The translations under genes were made by a program, and so were the position numbers. A DNA stretch of 64,000 bases from Alphaproteobacteria bacterium (GTDB lineage Bacteria; Pseudomonadota; Alphaproteobacteria; UBA828), in NCBI GenBank assembly GCA_965221125.1, contig CBDCRW010000004.1:416001-480000 (forward strand), read 5' to 3'. Positions 1 through 10,207 of the stretch are shown in pieces. Below the pieces are notes generated by a model. The model did no database searches. It worked only from the letters and a program-made list of their open reading frames with translations, and was not told where the DNA came from. Positions within the stretch are counted from its first letter, which is position 1, and each line of letters opens with the position of its first letter.

Positions 1-232
1 AGACCCGGATGATGGATGCCGTGATGTGCGGGGTAATCCCCTCGGAGCCGCCGCCCTGGGCCGCGATCTCCGGCGATTCGAAGAAGACGTCGATGAGCCG
101 CACGGCCACGGCGTCGGGCGACGGCAGGCGGGCCGGGCCGAGCCACTCGGCGAACCCCCACCAGGCGCCCAGGATGATGAGAAAGCCGTAGGTCTGGCGG
201 ACGTGAAAGCCTATGCGTCCCAGACGGATCAA
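1..232 (-). CDS. ABC transporter permease, NitT/TauT family (N-terminal part, runs off window start)
   Basis: Manual minus-strand translation from TTG232 gives LIRLGRIGFHVRQTYGFLIILGAWWGFAEWLGPARLPSPDAVAVRL...PHITASIIRV: a TM helix plus the LPSP motif typical of SsuC/TauC permeases. Lies directly downstream of the SBP gene. Confidence 0.65.
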   Translation of the reverse strand, partial: MIRLGRIGFHVRQTYGFLIILGAWWGFAEWLGPARLPSPDAVAVRLIDVFFESPEIAAQGGGSEGITPHITASIIRV

Positions 233-249
233 GGAGCGGCCGCACGGTT

Positions 250-279
250 GGGCCGGGACGCCGCGATGCGCCCCGGCCC
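250..279 (-). promoter_or_regulatory. GC-rich intergenic hairpin after SBP gene (mRNA-stabilising or attenuating stem)
   Basis: GGGCCGGG (250-257) pairs with CCCGGCCC (272-279); no U-tract. Confidence 0.35.
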
Positions 280-296
280 GTCCTCGCTAACGGGGT

Positions 297-1622
297 CTAG
301 GACCCGGACTCGTGTGCGGCCCACTCGGCGGCCGCGCGGGCGAAGCGCCCGGCATCGTAGAAGTTGTAGATCGAGTCATGGAACTCGGCCTGCGCCAGCA
401 GCTCGGCGGCCTTGGGCGTCGCGTCGGAGACCGCGGCCCGCGCCGCGACGATCGCCGCATGCGCGTCGACCTTGAGCGCCTGCATCTCGTGCCAGAACTC
501 GATGGCGTAGGAGGCGTTGTCGGGCGTCCACTTGCCTGCCTCCAGAACCCCCTGCTCCTCCCACAGCTTGATGTGGGCGCCGGTGATGTTGGCGTAGTGC
601 TCAGGGTTGGTGGAGCGATAGCGGTCCTCGTACCACACCGCCTGATCCTCGAAGGCCACGAAGGGGTTGAGCTCCTCGTAGATCACCTCGACGTCCACCG
701 GCGTGAGCGTGGACCCCATGATCGAGTTGAGGAAGTCCGTGTGCGGCGGAATCGTCTCCTGCGGCCTGTCCACCATCAGCCTGAGCGTCCGGTAGATCAT
801 GCTGGCGAAGCGGTAGAGCGTCTCCTTGTTGTTCGCGTAGTACTCCCGCGTGGTCGCCCAGCCGTCGTGGAACACGGCCCGGAGCTCCTTGGAGTCGGGC
901 GTGGCTGCCGCGAACTGCGAGATGTGCAGGGACGTCATCACCGGCACGAAGCCCTCCAGGGTCATGGAGACGCGGCCCGGCGCGGAACCCACGGCAAAGT
1001 CGGCGCGGCCGGAGATCATCTCGGCCACGATCTTCGAATCCGTGTCGAAGCTGTTGACCGTGATGTCGTCCATGCTCATGCCGGCGCTTTCCAGCGCGAT
1101 GGTGATGAAGCCGCGGATGCCGCCCTCGTTCAGCGTGGCCAGGGCCTTGCCGCGGAACTGCTCGGCAGTCGCCTTGATCGCGGCGGTGGGCTCCATGCCC
1201 TCGTCGATGAACGCGGTCACCGACTTGTAGCCCGCCTCGGGGTCGACCATGAAGCCGAAGCCCTGGAAGATGTCGCCGTGCATGAAGTCGACGTAGTTCG
1301 AGTTGGTGCTGTAGCCGGCGAGCGAGAACACGGTCGAGCCCGACGAGATGTCGACCGTGCCGGCGGTCAGCACCGAGACGATCTTGTCGGCGCCGACGCT
1401 GGTGCCGAACTTGCCGGGCGTGATCGTGATACCCACGTCCTTGTCCCATCCCTTGGTGATGGGAATGACGATATGGGTGTGGTCGATGGCGTGCAGGCTA
1501 GCGTAGCTCACCTCCACCTGCGGAATCTCCGGCACCGCCGGCTGGGCCAGCGCGGTGCCGCAGGCCACGACCATGGCCGTCGCGACCGCGAGGGACGCGG
1601 TCTTCGATGCGTAACGTTTCAT
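297..1622 (-). CDS. ABC transporter substrate-binding protein, NitT/TauT (SsuA/THI5-like) family
   Basis: Signal peptide MKRYASKTASLAVATAMVVACGTALA, GGGAGG RBS, and position in an operon with TauB/TauC-like genes. Confidence 0.75.
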   Translation of the reverse strand: MKRYASKTASLAVATAMVVACGTALAQPAVPEIPQVEVSYASLHAIDHTHIVIPITKGWDKDVGITITPGKFGTSVGADKIVSVLTAGTVDISSGSTVFSLAGYSTNSNYVDFMHGDIFQGFGFMVDPEAGYKSVTAFIDEGMEPTAAIKATAEQFRGKALATLNEGGIRGFITIALESAGMSMDDITVNSFDTDSKIVAEMISGRADFAVGSAPGRVSMTLEGFVPVMTSLHISQFAAATPDSKELRAVFHDGWATTREYYANNKETLYRFASMIYRTLRLMVDRPQETIPPHTDFLNSIMGSTLTPVDVEVIYEELNPFVAFEDQAVWYEDRYRSTNPEHYANITGAHIKLWEEQGVLEAGKWTPDNASYAIEFWHEMQALKVDAHAAIVAARAAVSDATPKAAELLAQAEFHDSIYNFYDAGRFARAAAEWAAHESGS

Positions 1623-1711
1623 GGTTCCCTCCCTTGTTTTCATGGTTGGTCGTTCGGTTCTTATGGAATTGCTGTCCCGATCCCTACCTTATGGGACCTA
1701 TCGGCGGGCCG

Positions 1712-2635
1712 CTAGATCATGGCGAGCAGTCGGATCGGAGAGCCGGTGCCGCCCTTGAAGCGGAGCGGCGCGCCGATGACGCAGAACTCGTAGACCTTCT
1801 CGCGCGCGATCTCCTCCAGATAGACGTTCTCGATGAGGCGGATGCCGGACTTGCTCAGCATCTCGATGTGAATGGGCAGGCACTCGCCCTCGGTCTCGAA
1901 GGGTATCGGGTCGACCGCGAACTGGTCGAGGCCCCACATTATGATGTCGTGGCTGTTGGCCCATTCGGCGCAGGCCTTGCCGAGGCCGGGCTCGCCGGAG
2001 AGCAGGGTCTCCGGGTCCTCCCAGTGCTTGCCCCAGCCGGTGTGAACGAACACGACATCGCCCTGGCGGACCTCGGTGCCGCCCTGGGCGGCCCGGGCGG
2101 CGTCGATCTCGTCGGGCTGGATCGCATATCCTGCCGGCAGGATGTCCTGGCCGAGGTGGCCCGCGACATCGACCAGGATGCCGCGCGCGATGAAGGCGGG
2201 CACGTTCTCCATGCCGAGTTTGCGCGTTCCGAACGTGTCGATCACGTCCTTGTTGCGGACATTGTTGTAGAGATAGTACTCGCCGTCGGCCTGCCGCTGG
2301 CCGATGTGGTTCAGGTTGTCGATGTGCGTGCCCGACTGGTCCGACATGTTGATGCGCAGGTTCTGCGCCGAGTAGCCATTCTTCATGATGCCGAGGTGCT
2401 TGTGGTGCCACTCCTCGCCATTCTCCAGCGTGAACTGGGTATTGGCGAAGAACTGCCCGTGGAAGCCCGGCACCGGCATTTCCCCCTCGAGAACGTGAGA
2501 GAGGTCGTAGGTCTTCGCCTGCTTGATCATGGCGAGCGCGGCCAGCGTGCTCTCCGGTGTAACCAGGTTCAGGGCACCCAATTCGTCGTCCGGTCCCCAG
2601 CGCGACGGAAACGGACCAGCGGTAGCGTCAGTCAT
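1712..2635 (-). CDS. Cyclase family metal-dependent hydrolase (kynurenine formamidase/isatin hydrolase-like)
   Basis: WGPDDELGALN N-terminus, QSGTHIDNLNH metal motif, C-terminal PLRFKGGTGSPIR. Confidence 0.88.
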   Translation of the reverse strand: MTDATAGPFPSRWGPDDELGALNLVTPESTLAALAMIKQAKTYDLSHVLEGEMPVPGFHGQFFANTQFTLENGEEWHHKHLGIMKNGYSAQNLRINMSDQSGTHIDNLNHIGQRQADGEYYLYNNVRNKDVIDTFGTRKLGMENVPAFIARGILVDVAGHLGQDILPAGYAIQPDEIDAARAAQGGTEVRQGDVVFVHTGWGKHWEDPETLLSGEPGLGKACAEWANSHDIIMWGLDQFAVDPIPFETEGECLPIHIEMLSKSGIRLIENVYLEEIAREKVYEFCVIGAPLRFKGGTGSPIRLLAMI

Positions 2636-2668
2636 GGCATTGCCTCCCTTAATGCGAGCCCGGCGCGG

Positions 2669-3547
2669 CTACGGCACCCAGCGGTTTACGTATCGCGATG
2701 CCGCCAGATAGAGACCGTTCAGGATCAGCGACAGGATCACGAAGATGACGACGATCACGACGATTCGGCCGATCATGAAGAAGCGCTCGGAGAGGATCAT
2801 CAGCCAGCCCAGCCCTGAGTCCGTCGCCAGCAGCTCTCCGGCGAGGACGATAGCGAAGGAAAGCCCGAGGATCACCCGGATTCCGCCGTTCAGCGACGGC
2901 AGGATGGCGGGCACGATCACCGTGCGGTAGATCTGCCGCCGCGTGGCGCCCATGCAGCGCGCGTAGTCCTGGTAGATCGGCGGCACGTTGCGGATCGCCT
3001 CCAGCGTGTTGACGATCATCATCGAGAACACGGCGAAGGAGACGAAGATCAGGATGCCGATCTCGCGCGCCCCGAACCAGAACATGAAGAGCGGAATGAG
3101 CGCGAGTATGGGGATCGTGCGCAGCAGCAGCACCGGCGGCAGCACGACATCGCGGGCCCAGCGGCTCATGCCGACCAGGAGGCCGACGCCGATGCCGAGA
3201 CCGATGCCGGCGACCAGGCCGATCACCAGCCGGCGGATGGTGACGAGCGCGTTCTCGAAGAGCACTGCCAGCGCCTGGCCGACGTTCTGGCGGTAGCCGA
3301 GCAGCCCCTCGTCGAAGCCGTAGTAGGTGGCGAACTCGGGGAACGAGACCGTGGCCACGTACTCGATGCGCGGGAACATGCGATCCGCGCGGCGCGGGTT
3401 GTCGGTGAACACCCACCAGGCGAAGGCCTCGTAGGCGACGATCAGGCAGACGAGGCCAAGGATTTGCCAGTGGTTGGGCAGGAGCTGCCGCCACTTGCGC
3501 CAGCGCGACGGCCGCGCAGGCATCTCGCTGGCCGAAATGCTCATCAC
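2669..3547 (-). CDS. ABC transporter permease, NitT/TauT family
   Basis: Several TM helices, RTIPILALIPLF, EAA-like loop ARCMGATRRQIYRTVIVP, GELLATDSGLG. Confidence 0.9.
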   Translation of the reverse strand: MMSISASEMPARPSRWRKWRQLLPNHWQILGLVCLIVAYEAFAWWVFTDNPRRADRMFPRIEYVATVSFPEFATYYGFDEGLLGYRQNVGQALAVLFENALVTIRRLVIGLVAGIGLGIGVGLLVGMSRWARDVVLPPVLLLRTIPILALIPLFMFWFGAREIGILIFVSFAVFSMMIVNTLEAIRNVPPIYQDYARCMGATRRQIYRTVIVPAILPSLNGGIRVILGLSFAIVLAGELLATDSGLGWLMILSERFFMIGRIVVIVVIFVILSLILNGLYLAASRYVNRWVP

Positions 3548-4317
3548 GCGGCGCTCAGCGCGGCCTCCTGATCCTCCGCCAGCTCGCCCCAGAGCTCTGC
3601 GAGAATCTCCCTGAATTTGGGGTCCGTGCGCATTTCAACCGTGCGCGGACGGGCGAACGGGACCTCGATCACGTTCTCGATCTGGCCGGCGCGGAGCACG
3701 AAAATACGGTCGGCCAGAAAGGTCGCCTCCTCAATGTCGTGGGTGACGAAGAGCGTCGTCTTGCGCTCCTGCGTCCAGATGCGGAGCAGCTCCTGCTGCA
3801 GCGTCACCTTGGTCACGTAGTCGAGCGAGCCGAACGGCTCATCCATCAGCAGGACCTCGGGACTGTTGGCGAAGACGGCCGCGATCTGCACCCGCTTGCG
3901 CATGCCGCCGGAGAGATCCTTGGGGAAGAAGTCGGCGAAACGCTCGAGGCCCACGAGCCGCAGGTGGTCCTCGGCGATGCGCCGCCGCTCGGCCCTGGGC
4001 ACGCCCCGCAGCTCCAGTCCGTACTCCACGTTGCGCAGCACCGAGCGCCACATCAGGATTGCGTCCTGCTGAAACACCATGCCGCGCTCGCGCCCCGGCC
4101 CGGTCACGGGCGCGCCGTCGAGCAGGACCTGGCCGGCGGTCGGCTCGATCAGCCCTGCGACGACGTTCAGCAGCGTCGACTTGCCGCAGCCCGAAGCGCC
4201 GATCAGGACGACGAACTCCTCGTCGGCGATCTCGGCATCGATGCCGCGCAGCACCTGCAGCTGGCCGCCATCCGGCGTCGCAAAGCTCTTCTCGATGCCC
4301 TGCAACACGATCGGCAT
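3544..4317 (-). CDS. ABC transporter ATP-binding protein, NitT/TauT family
   Basis: Walker A GASGCGKST, signature LSGGM, Walker B LLMDEPF, H-loop FVTHD. Start placed at MPIVLQG after a GGGGAGGG RBS. Confidence 0.93.
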   Translation of the reverse strand: MPIVLQGIEKSFATPDGGQLQVLRGIDAEIADEEFVVLIGASGCGKSTLLNVVAGLIEPTAGQVLLDGAPVTGPGRERGMVFQQDAILMWRSVLRNVEYGLELRGVPRAERRRIAEDHLRLVGLERFADFFPKDLSGGMRKRVQIAAVFANSPEVLLMDEPFGSLDYVTKVTLQQELLRIWTQERKTTLFVTHDIEEATFLADRIFVLRAGQIENVIEVPFARPRTVEMRTDPKFREILAELWGELAEDQEAALSAA

Positions 4318-4405
4318 CGCACCGCCCTCCCCAAAGCGCTGCATTATGGCACCCGCCGAAGCGCGCGATCCACCCTGCAACGCGCCGGCTCGTGACGGAC
4401 GCGCT

Positions 4406-5296
4406 CTAATCCGGCCAGCGCCGGTGCAGCCAGAGCCACTGATCTGGCCGCTCTCGGATCCAGTCTTCGAGCACGCGGTTGACGGCAACCGTGCCTGCGC
4501 GAATGCGCTCCTCCCGTGTGCCCTCCTCGGGCATGGGGAGCTTGGGGTAGACGGTGATGCGAAAGTTGGCGCCGGCCAGCCGTTCGACCCGCACCGGCCA
4601 CACGGGGCAGTCGTAGCGCAGCGCGAACGTCGCCACGGCGGGGCCGGTCATGGCATCGCGGCCGAAGAAGGGCACCGGGATGCCGTTGTTGAGCTTTTGA
4701 TCGACCAGGAGGGCCACGTGGTGGCCGGCGCCCAGCGAGCGCACCATCTCGCGGGTGCCATCCGCCCCCTTTTGCACGCGGCGTTGCGCGATCGTCCCCC
4801 TGCAGCGCTCGATCAGGCGGTCGACGATGGGGTTGTTGGCCGCGCGGTAGATGGCGGTCGCCGGAACGCCGGTTTGCTCCGGCGCGCGCGCGGCGATCTC
4901 CCAATTGCCGATGTGGCCGGAAAAGAAGATGCCTCCGTTGGCGGAGTGCTTGGCTTCCTCCAGATGGTCGCGCCCCACGAGCTCTATCCGCCCGCCCGGC
5001 GTGTCGACCGAGAAGCGATGGATATGCGGGTATTCCGCCGCGACGCGGCCGAGATGACGCCACATGCGGCGTGCGCAGCGGCGGACTTCGGACGGCGAAA
5101 GCTCCGGCAGCGCCCGGGCGAGGTTGTCGAGCCCCCGCCGGTGCACCGGGAGCAGGGGGCCGACCAGGCCGCCGAGCGCGGCACCGAGGGCCGAGGCCCA
5201 TCCCACCGGCAGCGCGCCCAGCACTGTAAAGAACGCGTAAGCGGCCGCGGCCTCGCAGACGTGCCGCGCCGCGCGCGGCCATTGCGCCCTAGCCAT
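4406..5296 (-). CDS. lpxL: Lipid A biosynthesis lauroyl/acyltransferase (LpxL/HtrB family)
   Basis: HIGNWE motif, LLVDQK, VPFFG, C-terminal PDQWLWLHRRW; sits in the lipid A cluster. Confidence 0.85.
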   Translation of the reverse strand: MARAQWPRAARHVCEAAAAYAFFTVLGALPVGWASALGAALGGLVGPLLPVHRRGLDNLARALPELSPSEVRRCARRMWRHLGRVAAEYPHIHRFSVDTPGGRIELVGRDHLEEAKHSANGGIFFSGHIGNWEIAARAPEQTGVPATAIYRAANNPIVDRLIERCRGTIAQRRVQKGADGTREMVRSLGAGHHVALLVDQKLNNGIPVPFFGRDAMTGPAVATFALRYDCPVWPVRVERLAGANFRITVYPKLPMPEEGTREERIRAGTVAVNRVLEDWIRERPDQWLWLHRRWPD

Positions 5297-6281
5297 GAGT
5301 GTCGCGCGCAAGAAGCGGCGCCAGCACATCGCGCAGCGCCGCCGGGTCACGCCAGGCGAGGGTCACGGGCAGCGTGCGAACCGCCGCCTGTGCATCCGGC
5401 GGGAGCCTGACGTAATCCTTCTCGGTCGTCACCGGCTGGGCGTCCTGTTCCTTCGCCTGCGAAACGATCGCTGCGATCTCACCCGGCTTATAGCGGTGGT
5501 GGTCGGCGAAGGCATGGCGCGCGATCACGGTGCAGCCCGCCGCCTCCAGAGTTTCGAAGAATTTTTCGGGTCGCCCGATACCTGCGAAGGCCACAACCGG
5601 ACGCGTCAGGAGCGCACGGGCCTCCTCGCCGGGGACCAGGTCGGCCTCGATAATGGGCAGACCGTGCCTCCCGAGTGCCCTGAGCGCGCCCCGCCGGTCC
5701 TCGCCCACGAGGATCAGCGCATGGGCCCGGCCGAGGCCTTGCGCGAGCGGCTCGCGCAGCGGCCCGGCGGGCAGCACGCAGCCGTTGCCGAAGCCCGCGC
5801 CGCCATCGATGACCGCGAGGCAGAGGTCCTTCGCTAGGGTCGGCGACTGCATGCCATCGTCCATGAGCAGGATATCGGCACCTGCGCTCGCCGCCGCCTT
5901 CGCCCCCGCCGCCCGGTCGCGGGAGAGCCAGGTGGGCGCCGCGCACGCCAGCAGCAGCGCCTCGTCGCCGACTGCGCGCGCGTCGTGACGGGCGGCATCG
6001 ACCCTGAGCGGCCCGCCCTCGCTGCCGCCGTAGCCGCGGGTAAGCACGTGGGGGTGAAGGCCCGCGTCAGCCAGCAGCCGGGCGAGGGCGATGACGGTCG
6101 GCGTCTTGCCGGCGCCGCCGGCGGTGAAATTGCCGACGCAGACCACCGGCACGCCTGCCTGCGCCGGCCGCGCCAGGGCGCCGCGTCCCTCGGCGCCAAC
6201 CCGGTAGAGCCAGGAGAGAGGCGTTAGAGCGCAGGCGGCGAGCCCGCCGCGCTCAGCCGCCCAGAACGCCGGCGCGCGCAT
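5289..6281 (-). CDS. lpxK: Tetraacyldisaccharide 4'-kinase
   Basis: VGNFTAGGAGKTP, TRGYGG, MDDGMQ, PAGPLRE, TTEKD. Confidence 0.95.
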   Translation of the reverse strand: MRAPAFWAAERGGLAACALTPLSWLYRVGAEGRGALARPAQAGVPVVCVGNFTAGGAGKTPTVIALARLLADAGLHPHVLTRGYGGSEGGPLRVDAARHDARAVGDEALLLACAAPTWLSRDRAAGAKAAASAGADILLMDDGMQSPTLAKDLCLAVIDGGAGFGNGCVLPAGPLREPLAQGLGRAHALILVGEDRRGALRALGRHGLPIIEADLVPGEEARALLTRPVVAFAGIGRPEKFFETLEAAGCTVIARHAFADHHRYKPGEIAAIVSQAKEQDAQPVTTEKDYVRLPPDAQAAVRTLPVTLAWRDPAALRDVLAPLLARDTHG

Positions 6282-7566
6282 CGCGGCCGCAGGGTTCGAG
6301 ATGCTCGCGGATCAGGCCGAGCGCCGCCTCGACCCCGCCGCCGAGCGCGCGGGCAGCCTCGTGGGCAGCAGCCGCGCGCGCGGCTCGCGCGGTCTCGTCG
6401 TCGAGCAGGGCGCGCACGGCTTCGGCGAGCGTGCGCGCGTCGGCAACCCGGCTGACGGCGCCGGCATCCTCCAGCGCCGCGAACGCTTCGGCGAAATTCT
6501 CCGTGTGCGGGCCGGTTACGAGCGCGCAGTCGAGCCGCGCCGGCTCCAGCGGATTGTGCCCGCCATGCGGCGCGAGCGAGCCGCCGACGAAGGCGATCTC
6601 GGCGAGACGATAGACCAGGCCGAGCTCGCCCAGCGTATCGACGAGATAGACAGCGGTCATTGGTGTGACGATGCCGCCGGTCGAGTGCCGGGCGGTGGCG
6701 AGACCGTGGCTCTCCAGCAGTTCGCTGCAGGCATCGCCCCGCTCCGGGTGTCGCGGCGCCAGGATCGTGAGCAGGTTGGGAACACTTCGGCGCAAGGCGG
6801 AGATCGCTTCGGCGACAGCTTCCTCTTCGCCTTCGTGGGTGCTCGCCGCGGCCCAGCACGGCCGGCCGCCGATGGCTTGCCTCAGCACGGCAACACGGTC
6901 CTCGTCCGCAGGCAGTGGCGGCGCGTCATTCTTGAGGTTGCCCTGCACGGTGACGTTGCGTGCGCCGAGCGCACGGAAGCGCTCGGCGTCGGCCTCGGTT
7001 TGCGCCAGCACGCAGTCGAACACCGCGAGCAACGGCCGGCTCAGGTGCGGCGCCCGGCGCCACCGCGTGGCGGAGCGCCTGGAGACGCGCCCGTTGAGCA
7101 GGAGCATCGGCGTGCCGCGTGCGGCGGTCTCGAGAACGAGATTGGGCCAGAGCTCCGATTCCACCCAGACCGAGAGGTCCGGCCGCCAGTGCCGGACGAA
7201 CTGTTTCACCGCGCCTGGCCGGTCGACCGGCACGAACTGATGATGCACGCCGGGCGGGAGGCGCTCGCGCAACAGGTGCGCCGATGTGACGGTGCCGGAC
7301 GTGATCAGGACGTGGACGTCGGGCAGCGCCTCGCGCAGTCGCGCGACCAGCGGCAGCAGGGACAGGCTCTCGCCGACGCTTGCGCCGTGCATCCAGACCA
7401 GCCGGCCGTCGGGCCGCGGCAGGCTCGGCCGCCCCAGCCGCTCGCCGAAGCGCGCCTCGTCCTCCTTGCCGCGGCTTCGCCGATAGACGAGCCAGGCACC
7501 GATGACCGGCGAGGCCAGCAGGCTGGCATAGCGGTAGCTGCGCGGCGTGATCAGGGTTTCGATCAT
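6253..7566 (-). CDS. waaA: 3-deoxy-D-manno-octulosonate (Kdo) transferase
   Basis: WMHGASVGE, ESELWPN, AASTHEGEE, APRHPER, GGHNPLEPA. Confidence 0.95.
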   Translation of the reverse strand: MIETLITPRSYRYASLLASPVIGAWLVYRRSRGKEDEARFGERLGRPSLPRPDGRLVWMHGASVGESLSLLPLVARLREALPDVHVLITSGTVTSAHLLRERLPPGVHHQFVPVDRPGAVKQFVRHWRPDLSVWVESELWPNLVLETAARGTPMLLLNGRVSRRSATRWRRAPHLSRPLLAVFDCVLAQTEADAERFRALGARNVTVQGNLKNDAPPLPADEDRVAVLRQAIGGRPCWAAASTHEGEEEAVAEAISALRRSVPNLLTILAPRHPERGDACSELLESHGLATARHSTGGIVTPMTAVYLVDTLGELGLVYRLAEIAFVGGSLAPHGGHNPLEPARLDCALVTGPHTENFAEAFAALEDAGAVSRVADARTLAEAVRALLDDETARAARAAAAHEAARALGGGVEAALGLIREHLEPCGRDARAGVLGG

Positions 7567-8315
7567 GGGCGCGCACCGGCCGGCGCCGGTCCGGCTTGCC
7601 GCTTGGCCGGCTGCGGGGTGTCCCCCGCCGGCTCGATCGGATCCACGCCCACCATGCGGTCGGCCTCAGCGGTGAGTGCGTTGAGTCGTCGCTCCAGGGT
7701 CAGGCGGGCCTCGTCGAGCGCCGCGTCGTCGGCGTCCGCGGCGACGTAGAGCGGCGGCCCCCAGGCAAAGACGCCGCGGCTGAAGGGCAGCGCGATCACG
7801 AAGCGATCCCAGCTCCGTGCCACCCTGCGCCGCGAGACCGCGAAGGTGAGCGGCACGATCGGCACGCCGGAGAGCCGCGCCAGGCCGATGATCCCCGGTT
7901 GCACGCGCATCCGGGGGCCGCGCGGGCCGTCCGGGGAGATGGCGACATAGCCGCCGTCCCTCAGCAAGCGCAGCGAGGCGCGGAGCGCCGCCGTGCCGCC
8001 CCGGGTGCTCGAGCCGCGGATCGCTTTCAAGCCCAGATTCCGCATCGCGCGGGCGATGTTCTCGCCGTCGGGATGGCGGGAGATGACGACGTGGACCGGC
8101 CGTTCGGCTTGCCAGCCATGCGGCGACATCATCAGCCGGCCGTGCCAGAAGGCGGTGATGAAGGGCTTGCCCGCCCGAAAAAACTCATCGGCATCCTCGC
8201 GCCCGTGCGTCCGCCAGCGGGTGGTCACGAAGACCAGACTCGTGAAGCGGGCGTAGAGCCAGACGAGCACGGTGCGCCCGAACCGGCTGCGCGAGACACG
8301 CTTGCCGAGACCCAT
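7563..8315 (-). CDS. DUF374 lysophospholipid acyltransferase-family protein (LpxJ-like)
   Basis: FWHGR, SRHPDGE, RGSSTRGG, SPDGPRGP, SWDRFVIALPF; located between msbA and waaA. Confidence 0.85.
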   Translation of the reverse strand: MGLGKRVSRSRFGRTVLVWLYARFTSLVFVTTRWRTHGREDADEFFRAGKPFITAFWHGRLMMSPHGWQAERPVHVVISRHPDGENIARAMRNLGLKAIRGSSTRGGTAALRASLRLLRDGGYVAISPDGPRGPRMRVQPGIIGLARLSGVPIVPLTFAVSRRRVARSWDRFVIALPFSRGVFAWGPPLYVAADADDAALDEARLTLERRLNALTAEADRMVGVDPIEPAGDTPQPAKRQAGPAPAGARP

Positions 8316-8317
8316 GC

Positions 8318-10120
8318 CTACTCGGCAGCCATGTCCGCGGCGAACTGCATGGCATGGAGCCGTGCATAGACGCCGCCCGCCGCCAGCAGCGACCGATGCG
8401 TGCCCGCTTCCGCGAGCCGGCCGCCCTCAAGGACGTAGATCCGGCTGGCGTCCTGGACCGTGGAGAGCCGGTGCGCGATGACCAGGGTCGTCCGGCCCTT
8501 CATGAGGCTGCGCAACGCCTCCTGCACCTGGCGCTCCGCCTCCGCGTCGAGCGCGCTCGTCGCCTCGTCCAGCAGCAGGATGGGGGCGTCCTTGAGCATG
8601 GCGCGGGCGATGGAAAGCCGCTGGCGCTGCCCGCCGGAGAGCTTGACCCCGTGCTCGCCGATCACCGTGTCGTAGCCGTCGGGGAGTTCACGGATGAAGC
8701 TGTCGGCGCCGGCGGCGCGGGCAGCAGCCACGATGTCCTGGTCGCTCGCCTCGATGCGGCCGTAGGCGATGTTGGCGCGGACGCTGTCGTCGAAGAGCAC
8801 CGCCTCCTGGCTCACCAGCGCCACCGCGTCCCGCACGCTCTCGACGGTCGCCTCGCGCACGTCGCACCCGTCGATCCTCACCGCGCCCTCGTCCACGTCG
8901 TAGAAGCGGGGGATCAGGTTGAGCACCGTGGACTTGCCGGCGCCTGAGGGGCCGACGAGGGCGATCGTCTCGCCCGCCGGGATGTCCAGGCTGAGATCGT
9001 GGAGGGCTGGTGCGCCGTTGGGATAGGTGAAGCGCACGCCCTCCAGCGCGACCGCGCCGCCCGCGACCCTGAGCGGGCGCGCATCCGGGGCCTCGGCGAT
9101 GCGCGGCTCGGTATCCAGCAGGTCGAACACGCGCTGGCTTGCGGCAAGGCCCTCCTGCAGGCTGGTGTTGAGATTGGCCAGCGCCTTGAGCGGCCGGTAG
9201 GCGAGCAGCATGGCGGTGACGAAGGCAAAGAAGGCGCCCGGCGTGAGCGCGCCCTCGATCACCTGCCAGCCGCCATAGAGGATCAGCACCGCGACGAAGA
9301 TCCCGCCCAGCGTTTCCATGAGCGGCGAGGCGATGGCGCGGACGCGGTGCGACTTGAAGACCAGCCGGAAGACGTTCTCGATCAGGCGATCGGTCTTTTC
9401 CGCCTCGAAGTCCTCGCGGTTGTAGGCCTTGACGTGGCGCGCACCCTGGAAAGCCTCGTTGAGCCTGGCCGTGAAGAGGCCGAGCTCGTTGAGCGCGGAC
9501 GTGGACACCTTGCGCATGCGCCGGCCGAGCTTCGCGATCGGGTAGATGGCGATGGGGAAGACGACGCAGGCGATGAGCGCGAGCTTCCAGTCCTTCTCGA
9601 ACATGACGCCGACCAGGAACAGCAGGGTCAGCGAATCCTTGACCATGCCTGTGAGCGCGTTGGAGACGGCATTGCGCATCATGTTGATGTCGTTGGTCAG
9701 CCGCGAGACGAGCTTGCCGGAGGCCGTGTCCTGGAAGAACGCGAGGTCGAAGCGGAGGATGTGGGCGAAGACCCGGCTCTGCAGGTCGGCGATGACGCGC
9801 TGGCCGACGAAGGCCATCAGCACCCCCTGCCCATAGGTCGCGACACCCCGGATCAGCGTGATCACGATGACCGCGACGGGCACCACGACGAGCAGCGTGC
9901 GGTCCTTCTCCAGGAAGATCTCGTCGAGTACCGGCTCCATCAGGTACGCGAGCGCCGCCGTGGCGCCGGCGGCGAGCACCATGCAGAGCCCGGCAAGCAG
10001 CAGTCGGCCAAGGTGCGGCCGCACATGCTCGCGGACGAGGCGGACCAGAAGCTGCCTCGTCGAACCTGGTGGCTGGGACGGATCAGGTCGTTCCACGGCC
10101 TTCGCCCGGCGCCGGGGCAA
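8318..10120 (-). CDS. msbA: Lipid A export ABC transporter (permease + ATPase)
   Basis: N-terminal TM domain, GPSGAGKST, LSGGQRQR, LDEATSALD; heads the lipid A cluster. Confidence 0.88.
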   Translation of the reverse strand: MPRRRAKAVERPDPSQPPGSTRQLLVRLVREHVRPHLGRLLLAGLCMVLAAGATAALAYLMEPVLDEIFLEKDRTLLVVVPVAVIVITLIRGVATYGQGVLMAFVGQRVIADLQSRVFAHILRFDLAFFQDTASGKLVSRLTNDINMMRNAVSNALTGMVKDSLTLLFLVGVMFEKDWKLALIACVVFPIAIYPIAKLGRRMRKVSTSALNELGLFTARLNEAFQGARHVKAYNREDFEAEKTDRLIENVFRLVFKSHRVRAIASPLMETLGGIFVAVLILYGGWQVIEGALTPGAFFAFVTAMLLAYRPLKALANLNTSLQEGLAASQRVFDLLDTEPRIAEAPDARPLRVAGGAVALEGVRFTYPNGAPALHDLSLDIPAGETIALVGPSGAGKSTVLNLIPRFYDVDEGAVRIDGCDVREATVESVRDAVALVSQEAVLFDDSVRANIAYGRIEASDQDIVAAARAAGADSFIRELPDGYDTVIGEHGVKLSGGQRQRLSIARAMLKDAPILLLDEATSALDAEAERQVQEALRSLMKGRTTLVIAHRLSTVQDASRIYVLEGGRLAEAGTHRSLLAAGGVYARLHAMQFAADMAAE

Positions 10121-10207
10121 TGCCTAAACGCTTGGAATCAGCCAAATAGCACGGCAGGGGCGCAGGCTCCAGCCGGGGCTTGCCGGCCGGGGCCGCGCGA
10201 TATGCCC

